Under the pieces are notes generated by a model. The model had not been told where the DNA came from. It saw only the letters and a program-made list of their open reading frames with translations, and did no database searches. A stretch of 64,000 bases of DNA, taken from positions 9,362,001 to 9,426,000 of the forward strand of contig OZ024748.1 in assembly GCA_964016885.1 (NCBI GenBank), in the 5' to 3' direction. The stretch is from Eledone cirrhosa. Taxonomy: Eukaryota. The position numbers and the translations under genes were made by a program. Below, piece by piece: positions 52,515 through 64,000 of the stretch (position 1 is the stretch's first letter; the number at the start of each line of letters is the position of its first letter).

Positions 52515-52945
52515 TGCAGGCGTGTTTCTGGTTAAAGCGTTTCATGGTTTCAGCTTCAGTTTTACTTTGCGCAATTGTTTTCTATAATAGCCTCATGCTG
52601 ATCAATGCACTGTGAGTGGAATTTGGTTGTCAGAAACATTGAAGAAGCCCCTCATACACACACACACATAAGCTTGTGGGTCTGTCCATGTCTGTGTTTA
52701 TGTTCTATAACATAGCTGTTCACCAAATAGAAATTGATAAAATAAATACCAGACTTTAAAGAAATAAGTACTGTGGTTGATATGATTGACTAAAGTCTGT
52801 TGAAGGTGGTACCCCAGTATGGCCACAGTCTAATGACTGAATCTAGTAAGATTGTGGTGTCCCAGCATGGCCATGGTTTGACTGAATCTAGTAAAAGAGT
52901 GTGGTGCCCCAGCATGGCCACAGTCTAATGACTAACCAGTAAAAG
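52515..52945 (+). mobile_element. Degenerate SINE (family D) with internal (CA)n and a triplicated 3' tail
   Basis: tgtgagtggaatttggttgtcagaaacattgaagaagccc (reverse copy at about 59490-59545); gataaaataaataccag; tail ggtgccccagcatggccacagtctaatgactgaa three times. Confidence 0.6.
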
Positions 52946-53329
52946 AATAAAATAGTATATATAAAATACGTTTCATATTGGTAGATGTTGTAGATTAGAA
53001 GAAATCTTTCATTGCTTAGAGATTGACATAACCTCAGTCTCATCTGTTGTGATGAACACCACAACCTCCCATTCTCCATACTTTGGTAAATAGTAACAGT
53101 TACAAACTTTAAACTCCAAATCATATCTTCATCTTTTCCCCATATTTCCCAAATCAATATGGAATCAATTCCTTGATGCTTTACCTCATCTCACTTTATT
53201 TCAAAATAATCCCACAACAGAAACAATCCCACAAACTGTTGGGACTTTCTAGCTAACCAGTTATTTCCTGACTTTCCCGGGATAAATGTGGCCAAAGTAT
53301 ATTTTTTAAGTCATCCAAAAACACCATCT

Positions 53330-53640
53330 GCAGGATTTCACCAATACTAACTGGAAATTGCTCATTTACACAGATATTTAATTAAAGAGGCCCAACCATA
53401 GAGCCAACAGTAACTTTGTACTGAGGATGGTAGAAGGTATATATACACTGATTAATGGCCCAAACTGGTGCCTTTCTCGTGTCTTCTATGACTCTTCAAA
53501 CCATATATGGCTTGATAAACACTACTGCTGTAGACTGCTACATATTCTTAATCTATGCTGTCTAGAAGCCATCTTCTTCACACACACACCTACTCCTCTG
53601 CAGAACTTCTTTTCTTTAACCCAGTTTGTTGACCACCATA
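53330..53640 (+). mobile_element. Possible very old CR1-like LINE remnant
   Basis: YCCRLLHILNLCCLE resembles the CR1 Y..RL..L.L..LE motif; weak. Confidence 0.35.
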
Positions 53641-54169
53641 AAAATAACAACAAGTGCCACCACCACCACAACAACAACAGCAACAAGCACCACCACCACC
53701 TTATACAGTGTGATATCTCCACAACATATACCATTGATTAATTTACACAAGTTGATTGAGCTTCACAGTTTCCATCATTACTATGGAAACAATATGCCTC
53801 CCCGCCCTTCACAACAAGTTTGTGTGTGTGTGTATATTGCGTGTATATAATGTGGTAATGTGTATCTCTGTTCAGTGTTGGACAGTCTCTGACTAATAAT
53901 TCTCACTTTATTACTGTCATTCACATGTAATATATTTATCTTAGAGAGAAAATTATATCAAATCTCTTTCAATCTGTCTTGCCTAACAATTCATCCATAT
54001 AAGCTGACTGTTGTTAACTCACCTGGTGTAGCCAGTTGTTAACTCACCTGCTGTGGCCATTCCATCACTGCATGTGATGACCATTGACCAAATCCTCCCC
54101 TCCCACAGTCACCTTCACCCTACATGATTTGCGTCACCCAACACACGTCATACCACTGTAACTTTGTTG

Positions 54170-54545
54170 TCTACTTCCTCACAAATTATCCCACATTGTG
54201 TCCTTGACAGTTCCATCTCTGTCAACCAGAGCGGAATACAACTACAGATATCTAACAGTACACACTCCTTAGAATCTCTGAATCGACAGATCACAACTCT
54301 GGTATTATGGACATGTGCTTGGAATATCTCAGGAAAGAATCACTTCACAGATTTTACAGGTGAAACCAATAGGCAAGAGATCTAGAATTAGATTACAAGC
54401 AAGATGGTTGAATAACATTGAATAATATTCAGGAGCTTGGTTGGTCTCACTTCCAGTGACAGTTGTTTCTCATAGGACCCTCTGGAAGGCATATCTGAGG
54501 ACTCTGCCCCCAATGACCCCTCCAGGAATAACTGAGTAAAGAAGA
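54170..54545 (+). mobile_element. RTE-like LINE 3' fragment
   Basis: About 54295-54420 reads LWYYGHVLGISQERI...KPIGKRSRIRLQARWLNNI, matching RTE QLRW.GHV.R...GKR.RGRP..RW.D.I. Confidence 0.7.
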
Positions 54546-55629
54546 TATATATATTATCATCATCATCAACATTTACTGTCTGTTTTCCTTAGCAAGAGTT
54601 AAATGGATCACCACAAACTGAGTCAGAACTCAAGCAAAGCTACTGACCTCTCAGATGGACCAGGCACCTGCATCTGAACCAAGTGTTCGGACAGACCGGC
54701 AGACACATCTTGCTTTGAAAATATTCTCACGCTCTACCGAATGCATCATGGCACTTGTTCTAAGAAGGTTGCCAAGTCTTGGACACAGCTGAAAAGTCTT
54801 ACAGACCAGGTTGACTTTTTTTACTGTGTACATAATATATATATTATGTAAATATTTGTATGTGTGTCTTCATATCCTGACAATATTTTGTTCCAAAGGA
54901 AGGTAACACCATAAAGGGTTTTAACTGAATAAGTGAACCCAGCCATTGAGTGCAGGCTCAGTAGTGAGGTCACTATAAAGGTGATGTTGTAGCCATAATC
55001 CAATGATTGAAAACAAAGAAATAAAAGACTACACATAGATAAGAGAGAAGAAGAAAGTTAAAATAAGAAGGAATGAATAAAAGCAATGATTAAATAGATT
55101 GATTAATATATAAGTGTTGTTTCACATCTGGTTAGACCTGATCAGATTCATTCTAGCCACAACCATACCATAATTATTTCAAATGTTGTTTATCTAGTTA
55201 TATACTGTATCTTTCATCTTCAATTTTAATTTTTCTTGCAATAGTAGACTGTGATTTGAGGGAAATTTGACTAACAATTTTAGCTGGTTGAGTAAGCATC
55301 CACAGATTCTCTCTTTGGTTCCTAAAATATTTGGTTCTTGAAATTGTTTCAGGATGTAGAAATTAGGAAACGATCTTTTTATAATTCTACAGTAAAATGT
55401 TTGTTAGATATTCTATCTTAAAATTACCAAATTCCTGCCCACCAAATAAAATTTACATTTCTTTAAATCCTTTTTTCTTTCCATTAATGTTCATTTTATT
55501 TTAACTATTTCAAACTTTAAACATTTCATTCGTTGTCTAACTATCCCTCCTACTTCTCACTCTTTCTCTATTCTCATTCATTTGTCTCTTCTTCTCTTTT
55601 ATATATATATCTTTACACACATGTATACT

Positions 55630-55662
<33 letters not shown>

Positions 55663-56002
55663 ATATGTGTGTGTGTGTGTAGTCTATATATAAGTAAGCT
55701 GATTCACTGCTTAAATAAGGCCAGTTAAACTATAGCTAGTTTTCGTTCTACTTTCAGGCCTTGGAAAAATAACATACCCATGTTATGGATTGATATATAC
55801 TCAGACCACTTTATTTGAAATCAACTAAAAGTAAGCTCTGCGCATGTTTTTGCCTAGTACTGATGTGCGCCATTGCTTAAGTGACAGGCTGTCCCTTCTT
55901 CTAGGGCTACAGCAAACAGATCTGTGCATGACTGCTAAGCAAGCTATTTCTACTACTTATAGAACACAATCACTACACATACAGCCATTATAGTGTGATT
56001 TG

Positions 56003-56080
56003 ATTACTACTACTACTACTACTATCACTACTAGTACTACCACTACTACTACTACTACTACTATCACTACTACTAATACT
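56003..56080. repeat. (TAC)n microsatellite
   Basis: Direct reading. Confidence 0.9.
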
Positions 56081-57418
56081 GTCTTTTGTTGGTTGTTCAA
56101 TATACTAAATTAGATGTCTCTCACACCCACAAATGTTTTGTGTGAATATATTTTCTTTTCTTAAACTTCTCTAAATTTTGTTAAAACATTCACTACTCTT
56201 GGCCATAACATTTATTAACTCGATCACTTCACTTTCTCACCTGCATGATTGCTTGTTTCTTGGACATCTTATTTCTCACCTTTCCCCACCTCTACATAAC
56301 TAACCTTTGTATTTAATTACATTTCTATATTTGAAGGTAGAGTTGTTTTCTACATTAGCTCTTACATCTGTATTTTTCTTGTTCTTATCCATATATATCA
56401 GATTGTAATGAAAGTTGTGTCCTTTTTTTAAGGCTCAGTAAAATAATAAAAAAAAACACAATATCAGATATCATTAATGTAGTCACCATTCTCCTATCAC
56501 TTCTCTCCGTCTCTCAATGATCTTTTTAATGCCACATTCATAAAATTATTTAGGTTTTGAACTAAAAAAGGAAAGTAAGTCATTTTCGACTTTTCTTGAA
56601 GGAAGTCTTAATCCACTCGAATGATTTTGCAAACTTCTAAAGAGATGGTAATCTATTGGTGCAAGGTCTTGGGAATATTGTGGTTGAAGCATAATTTCCC
56701 AGGCATGTTTTTTTCTGGGAGATCTTTGGTCTTTTGTGTAGTGTGAGGTCTAGCGTTATCTGTTTGTTAATGATGGGCGTTTTTGCTGCAAAGTTGCTTT
56801 CAAACATCTTAGCTGCTGGCAATAGACTTCAGCTGTTATTGTAAATTGGGCCATGTTACCAAAAACTACATATAAAACAGACCTCCGAAGCTGGTGACTC
56901 GGGTTAGATGTGAAATGTGAACCCCATTTAAAATTACTTGTTAAGTATTTTAGTTATCAGTGCTAAGAAGATGATTTCTTTCTGTGCAGAGAAAGTAGGA
57001 ATGTATGTAAAGGAGGAATAGTATCTCCCAGATATGTCTCAACATTCTGAGAAGTCAGTTGCTCCAATTTTATATTGACTGACCAGTCCAACCCTTCCTA
57101 GTAAAGGAGAATGGACATTAAATGGTGGTGATGGTGTTATATGTATATATATATACATGTAGTATAAACCAGGTATATGCATATATATGTAGTTTGCAGC
57201 AGATATATACATGTAGTATACAGCAGATATATATAGTATATATGTAAATATATTTATATACAAGACAGAATAAAAGAACTAAAATTGAGGCAAGCCCCCA
57301 TCAAAATCATGCTGTTACCCCTGTTTCTGGTTTGTATAGACAGATGAGGTTATATAGGTTAGGTTGATTACAGGGACCTCAACTTGAAACTATATTTCTT
57401 GCAGCAGTATATATATAC

Positions 57419-57461
<43 letters not shown>

Positions 57462-57969
57462 AGAGCAAATTGAATTTGTTAGTAGCCCTTAAATTGTAGA
57501 TAGTGGAAGAGGATATGAGAAGTTGTGACATTTATCCTTTCCCAAATGTTTCAACTGGGAATTGAAATGCATCAGTAGTAGCAACAGTTTTCCAATATAT
57601 ACTCTAGTTCTGTTTTAGTAATAATCTCTGTGGGATGAAACAAAAATAAGTTTATTACACCAATGAACATCCAACTTGTATATCCATCTGAGATAAAAAT
57701 CAAATTAAGAAATTTATTGATTTTTCTTCAAAACTACATTGTCCAGTTGTTTTTTTAAAGTTTTTTACCATCATTTAAAATAACTACTTTCAATCTAAAA
57801 TATACAAAAAAATGTAAAATAAAAACATTTCCCCGTTTCCATATTCTAATTTTGATTTAAGCCAGATTTTAACTTAATAAATGCTTCTAAAAGCCCACCA
57901 AAGGCCATTATGTGAGGTTTTTCAATATAGTAAATATGTTTATTTGGTCAGTTTTAAAGTGTAGTTTAA

Positions 57970-58180
57970 CCCTTTACCATTTACATTACTCTATATATAC
58001 TATTGTATCTTCACAGTAAAGGCTTTATTTCACATAATTATCTCACATAATATCAAAGCTATGAGATTTTGATGTTATTTATTTTGAGAACAATACCTTA
58101 TCATAAGTATGAGCTGCTGGTTATGGCCAGTTTGAACAGAAAGAGGTGAGAGAATTCTGGCCAGGTGTGGCCATTTAAAA
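57970..58180. mobile_element. piggyBac-like MITE, second copy of the 12147 element
   Basis: ttaa-CCCTTTACCATTTACATTACTCTATAT...gaaagaggtgagagaattctggccag, colinear with 12147-12330; right terminus not evident. Confidence 0.75.
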
Positions 58181-60819
58181 GTATATTTTAAATGTATTGT
58201 AATGGCAATGTACCATAGCTTCCATGAGTGACCACTCTACTTCAGTTCAAATAGAGTCAATATAAAATGGAGTCTTTATAAAAACTAATTTTCTAATGTA
58301 ATAGTTTCAAGAATTTCTTCAAAAACAATTTATTCTGTTCTGCTTTCAAATATTATTTGACTTTCTTATTGTATTCTTCATCATAAATATATTTAAAATA
58401 CTTTTTTCACATTTTAAAGATTTATAGCATAGAATTAATTCTGCACCTGCTAGTATTTGGGCTTTTGCAGATTTTCTTTCTTATTCTTTTTTTTAATTTG
58501 CACTTTCTTAATTCAAGTTATATATTTTCATTAATTTCATATTAGATTTAAAATCCTCCTTCCCCTCCTTCCCTCCCCTTCTTCCCCTCCCCTCCTTCTT
58601 CCCATCCCGCCCCTTGTTCTCTGTGGCTATGCTTCATGTTAAAACACAAACATAAATTTATGTCTATATCTACTTTAATTTTCATATTTCAATAGAGAAA
58701 TTTATTTCAACATTTTCTCCTACTCAGTTTGAAGGTAAAAACAATGTTCGGTTTTCACATATTTCTCTTTGTTCTTAGTTCTTGTTTTTATAGAATAATA
58801 TTTTATTAATATTTTTTTTTTAACAACATGTAAAGTTACTGAGTAATTTTGGTTGGATTTAAGATTGTCTTGTAATGATGAGTTTCACTCGTGTTAAAAG
58901 AAATAAGCTGGGATGCAACAGAGATATTATCTACTTGAAGAGAGAATATTTTCAATTCTTTATATTTAATGTATGTGTGTGTGTGTATATGTGTATATGG
59001 ACAGATGGATGGATGTGTGAGTGTATATATGTATGAGCCTCACACTTTATAAACTTGTATGTATATACACATACATGTATATACACATACAGAGATGCAC
59101 GCTCATGCATTCCTTGTTTGTCTTTCTCTTTATTCTTGATTGTTTTTGCCTAATCTCATCCAATATATATGAAATTGTTCCTACCTCATTAGGGGTATCC
59201 TATCTCATTACGAATTAATTGTTTGATGAAGACGTAGCATTATTTGTTTATGTATGTGTGTGTGTGTGTGATCAGTGATTTGTTCTCTCTCTCTCTCCCT
59301 CCCTCCCTCCCTCCCACTCTCTCTCTCTCTGTATGTCATCTAACACAATTAGCAGATATTCAAGATAATGTTAGAACATTTTGGGTGGGGGGAGGGTGTA
59401 TATACTTAGAGAGTGAAGTGGGGGAGGAGGAGAAACAGGTTTGTGTTGCTATTTCTCTGGGTCCACATATACATACAGACACACCCACATATGACAGGCT
59501 TCCACTCAGTTTCTGCTTACCAAATTTCACTGGCAAGGCGTTGGACATTTTACTAAGACTCAGAATTCTTAATTTTCAGAATTATTTGAAAATTGTAGAT
59601 AGTGCTTATAATTAGGAATATGGTGATGAATGGGTTAAAGACCGATTCTTTCAATAGAAGAATGGTGATGAAAAGGTTAAAGTGTTTATATTTATCTAAA
59701 ATCTTTCCATCATAATTTTATGTAAAAATCTTTTTTAACCCTTTCATTGTCATATTGTGTTTTGTTGTTATTGTTTCGTCCTTTGTCAGTTGTAAATGAA
59801 CAGACCTTTGATCAAAAGGCGTTCCTGTCATGACCAATTTTTAAAAGTTTTGCTTATCCAGGTTGTCCTACAAACATTTAACCTCTTCCTTACCATATTT
59901 CTGATTTATCAAACCACTTGGAATAGTTTTAAATCCTTTATCAACAGAAGCTACTGTAAAAAAAGATGAGATGGAAAAATCAATGAGCAAAATTTAATTG
60001 TGGCTCTTTATATTCTAACCCTACTAAGATTAACTTTGTTTTTCATTGTTCCAAGATTTGTAAATGAAATACTGGGGCTATTATAACTGTTTATGTTCCA
60101 CCATTACCATTACCACCAATTGTGAGGGATTCTGTTTACATTAGAAATCATTATACACCAAAATACAGTTGAATTTTTATAAATAAATGGTGAAACTTTT
60201 GAAAGTTGTTCTTAGTTTAATCAACTGGAACTAGAATATAGATCTTAAAGCAATGAAACAATGTATCTCCAGAAATTGACTGATGAGTTGGGACTGTAAT
60301 TCATTTGTTTTTCTATTGCCTTCAGCCATATTTGTTTTATTGATGCATGTGAGAGAGAGAGGGATCAATTTAGAGTGATGTCTGTTTTTCAGACTATTTC
60401 TGATAATCTTTTATCAACTATAATCTCAAAAATTTGGCTCCATGCCTATTTCCAAGCAGTGCAATTCTTGGTTAAATGTTGACAAATTTTGATTTGTAGA
60501 TATTAACTATTGTTGAAAATGTGTCTAAAGAATATTCAATAATTACTGCATTAACTGTTATGGTTAGAATAATTTACTTTAAGCAATTAAAAGTATTACC
60601 ACTTATATTCTTAGCTCATTAAAACTATATTTTAACAATCTTATTTTCTATGGATCATATTTAAAAATTAATTTTGTTATATCTATAATATCAGTTGATA
60701 TTTAAAGTAACTATCAGACTGGCAGTATTTCATTAAATATTGATTAATTTTGGGCTGAGGCTACACTTCATGAAATTTAATGATGGCTTTATTATCTCAT
60801 TAAGCCATGATTAACAAAA

Positions 60820-61232
60820 TTAGTGGTATCTTATAGTGGTATGGTATCTTATAGTGGTATGGTATCTTATAGTGGCATGGTATATTATAATTATATCTTA
60901 TAGTGGTATGGTATATTATAATGGTATATTATAGTGGTGAGGTTTATAGTGGTATCTTATCTTATAATGGTATCTTATAGTGGTGAGGTTTATAGTGGTA
61001 TGTTATCTTATAATGGTATATCATAGTGGTGAGGTTTATAGTGGTGTTATCTTATAATGGTATATTATAGTGGTGAGGTTTATAGTGGTATGTTATCTTA
61101 TAATGGTATCTTATAGTGGTATCTTATAATGGTGTGGTTTATAGTGGTGAGGTTTATAGTGGTATATCATAATGGTATATTTTAATGGTATCTTATAGTG
61201 GTGTGGGTTATAGTGCTATATTATAATGCTAT
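60820..61232. repeat. Degenerate TATAGTGGTATCT-type minisatellite
   Basis: Recurrent tatagtggtatcttata / tatagtggtgaggtt. Confidence 0.9.
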
Positions 61233-62042
61233 CTATATATATATATTTATTTGAAAATAAGTTGGCTGATGATGATTGGTATCTCAATTTTAGTTTTATT
61301 ATTTTTGTGAGGGGGTGGGGGGTATTTCCATTCCTCCCTTTATATTGTATTCATGTAATTAGTGTCTTTTGTTTTATTAGTATTATTAGTATACTGTAAA
61401 TAATATGTTGTATTTTTCTTTAACCAATTGTATTTTTCTTTAACCAAATTTTAACAAGAATCTCTCATATTGCTTAGTATTTATCTTTAGAACTTTTTTT
61501 TTTATTTCCATAATTTTCTTATAAATGAAATATTTTTTTTCCAAATAGCTTTTATATTAATATTTTGCTTTTAATGACTGATGTAATTAAATATTGATAT
61601 GAAGACTCTTAAAATGAGTTATCTAGGTGTAAATTTCCAAGCCATAAAGATTTAAATGAGAGAAAGAAGCATAATGTTGACTGAATTTATTTGTTTTAAA
61701 ATATATGAGGAGTTATAAAGTGAAAATTTATTGTGATTCATTAATCTGAACATGAATGTTTCATGAAATATTTGGAGGAAGCAAGACATACATAAATAGA
61801 TTATTTTTCTCTTTAATTTACAGCAAATTTAAACAATCAATGGTTGTTGTTCTTCTTTCTCCCTTTACTTTAATATAATTATCAAACAACAAAATTTCAT
61901 CTTCACGAAAAACACAATTTCAATTTTACAAATTTGATTTCTGTCATAAAAGAAATACTTAAAGACAAAGCCAGATTAGAGTCATTCAGGATGCAACTAT
62001 CGAGTTAGAATGGTGGGAAGTCTTTTATTCATTTATATTTAT

Positions 62043-62250
62043 TGGCAAATTGGCAGGATCGTTAATGTATAGGACAAAATGATTTGTGGTATTTGTTCTA
62101 AGTTCAAATCCTGTTGATATCAACTTTAATTTTCATGGTGTTGGAGGTTGATATACTAAAGTAGCAGTCTAACAGTATTGGCGGTTAAAGTGTCAGATGT
62201 TCTGCAGTGTTTCTTCTGCTGCTCTCTACTCCCAGTTCAAATTCTATTGT
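62043..62250 (+). mobile_element. Degenerate SINE family A copies
   Basis: tggcaaattggcaggatcgtta..aagttcaaatcctgttgatatcaacttt..tttcat, then a second cagttcaaattc. Confidence 0.55.
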
Positions 62251-63597
62251 AACCTTCGGTTTTTCTATCTAATTTTATGAGGACTAGCAATGTAATCCTG
62301 TAGTTTTTCATTAAAGTTAATATTATCACAGATTAACAATATAATGTGAATAAATCTTTGGAATTATTCCTCAGTTTTCTTTGATATTACACAATAAATG
62401 TATTTTAAAAGAATCGGTAAAAATATTTAAGTGAAATATTTTCCACATCCAACTATAAAACGTGTTGAAATGTTTACTAGATAAGATCTGCCCTATCTGA
62501 TTTGTGGTGGTTAAAACAGTAAGACAACTGTACAATTGATCACTTGTTAGAAAAAACTATTGACTCAGAGATAACAGAAATGGCTGATATCTCAGCATTA
62601 ATCATTATGTAAACTTTGATATTTTTCTTGTTCTTCTTTGGAAAGAGGCCAAGTGAGAAGTAAATATTCTATATCGATTCCTTGTTATTAAGATGATGTA
62701 TACTAGTTGTTAGCTTCACTTTGAGTTCCTTTGAAATCTGCTTCTATGTCAGGAATATCTTCAATGTCATCAATTTACTGTGCTCATTAGTGTTGTAGCA
62801 AAGAGTGATTAACTTCATTGCTGATCCATGATTAATATATATCTTCAGCTGCTGCCAATCCATATGTGGCGCTTATGTCTGAGAAATTTTGTGTCATTTC
62901 CTCTAATTATATCTAACATTGGCCCATGGCCCTGGTGTAAGGTTAGTTATAAGTATAGTTCCAGTTCCTTCACCAGACAACCCGTTCCCATCTTGATCAT
63001 TATTACATAACATAAAGATTCTTTCTGTCATTGTAAAGAAAAATGATAACTTAGTTCTCTGCTATTAAGTGCTGCCTTTCAACATACTTCCTATGTAAGC
63101 AATGTTCTTTAATTGTTAATTCCATGTGGGATATAATTGTAGAGAAGATAAAAAGTAGATGGTGACAATCTACAAACAGCAGCAGCTAAATATACAAAAA
63201 ATATATTACTTCCTCATTAATTTCTATTTCAAGATAATTTAGTTATCATAGTTGTCATTGATTAATTTAACTATGTAGTCAAATGTATATATATGTATGT
63301 ATATATAAATGTATATATATAGATAGATAGATACACACACACACATATATGTGTGTGTGTGTGTGTGTGCGTATATACATACATATATGTTGCAATGACT
63401 GTCACATACTTGTATTTCTCTTTAGTTAGATACAATGTCCCTCTGACAGTTGTATTACAAGTGTATAACCTGTAATATGACAGAATCTATGTACAACATC
63501 CCTCCATTTCCAGTTCCATAAGACAAAATGTCTGATTTTAATAATATTTCTTTATCATTTATTTATTTATTTTACTACTACTAATAATAATAATAGT

Positions 63598-63906
63598 AAT
63601 AGACCAGATGTAATTGTGAAGGACCGTAAAGAGAAAAATGCTTGTAGATTATCATGAGATTATATTCAGTTCATAACATCTCAGAGGAGTTCCAAATATT
63701 CAGTAAATATAAAGATTCTGACAATTGAAATTGAGAAATTGTGGCATCTTAAAGCCTGTAAAATACCAGTAATAGTTGGGGAACTTGGAATGATAGAAAC
63801 AGGAACAGAATAATATTTGGACCAGATACCTGGAAAGTCAGTTCTGTAAGAGATACAGAAAATAGTGTTGACTGGTACTGCCCATGTCTTGAGAAGGGTA
63901 TTATAA
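63598..63906 (+). mobile_element. 5'-truncated R4/Dong-like non-LTR retrotransposon, restriction-like endonuclease (RLE) domain remnant
   Basis: NRPDVIVKDRKEK...KYKD..IEIEKLWHLKACKIPVIVGELGMI...EIQKIVLTGTAHVLRRVL* with stops and frameshifts; the RPD/KY/PVIVG.LG/GTAH.LR motifs fit the R4 clade; preceded by (TAA)n; the 3' UTR probably continues to the window end. Confidence 0.85.
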
Positions 63907-64000
63907 GTTTAAATACCTTGTAAAGACATTTACTGTTTTGTTCATGCCCTTAAGGTATCATTCGTATGACAGTTGATTGTTTAAAGAGATATCTTCCAAC

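Noticed and set aside
56630-56930. Complex segment with a 61-aa minus-strand ORF
   Set aside because: No recognisable motif; probably an old TE fragment that I cannot classify.

Overview
Eukaryotic, very AT-rich, repeat-dense genomic DNA. The microsatellite load, kb-scale minisatellites and SINE families suggest a cephalopod (Octopus-like) genome; this is inference. The only supportable host gene is on the + strand: an NGFI-A-binding protein (NAB, EGR co-repressor). Three coding exons (16684-16783, 22848-22985, 30669-30898) splice in frame with GT-AG boundaries and encode the complete NCD1 domain plus a Ser/Pro-rich linker. The ORF track missed these exons. The NCD2 exons were not found, so the gene probably runs past the window end across an intron of more than 33 kb. 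Everything else is intronic or upstream repeat: large minisatellites (46, 46, 40/68, ~31 and 41/48 bp units), tRNA-derived SINEs, a hAT/Charlie-type MITE, nested piggyBac-like MITEs, and fragments of Tx1/L1-like, CR1-like, RTE, R4/Dong and Penelope retroelements. Almost all listed ORFs are spurious translations of repeats. I found no CRISPR array and no convincingly new multi-gene system. The best leads are: a Penelope remnant with a degenerate minimal hammerhead ribozyme; a 1.5-kb tandem duplication whose divergence is concentrated in its LINE part; a uORF plus perfect CRE palindrome on the NAB start codon; a candidate microexon; and inverted LINE tails that could form an ADAR substrate. Repeat boundaries are approximate (read by eye).
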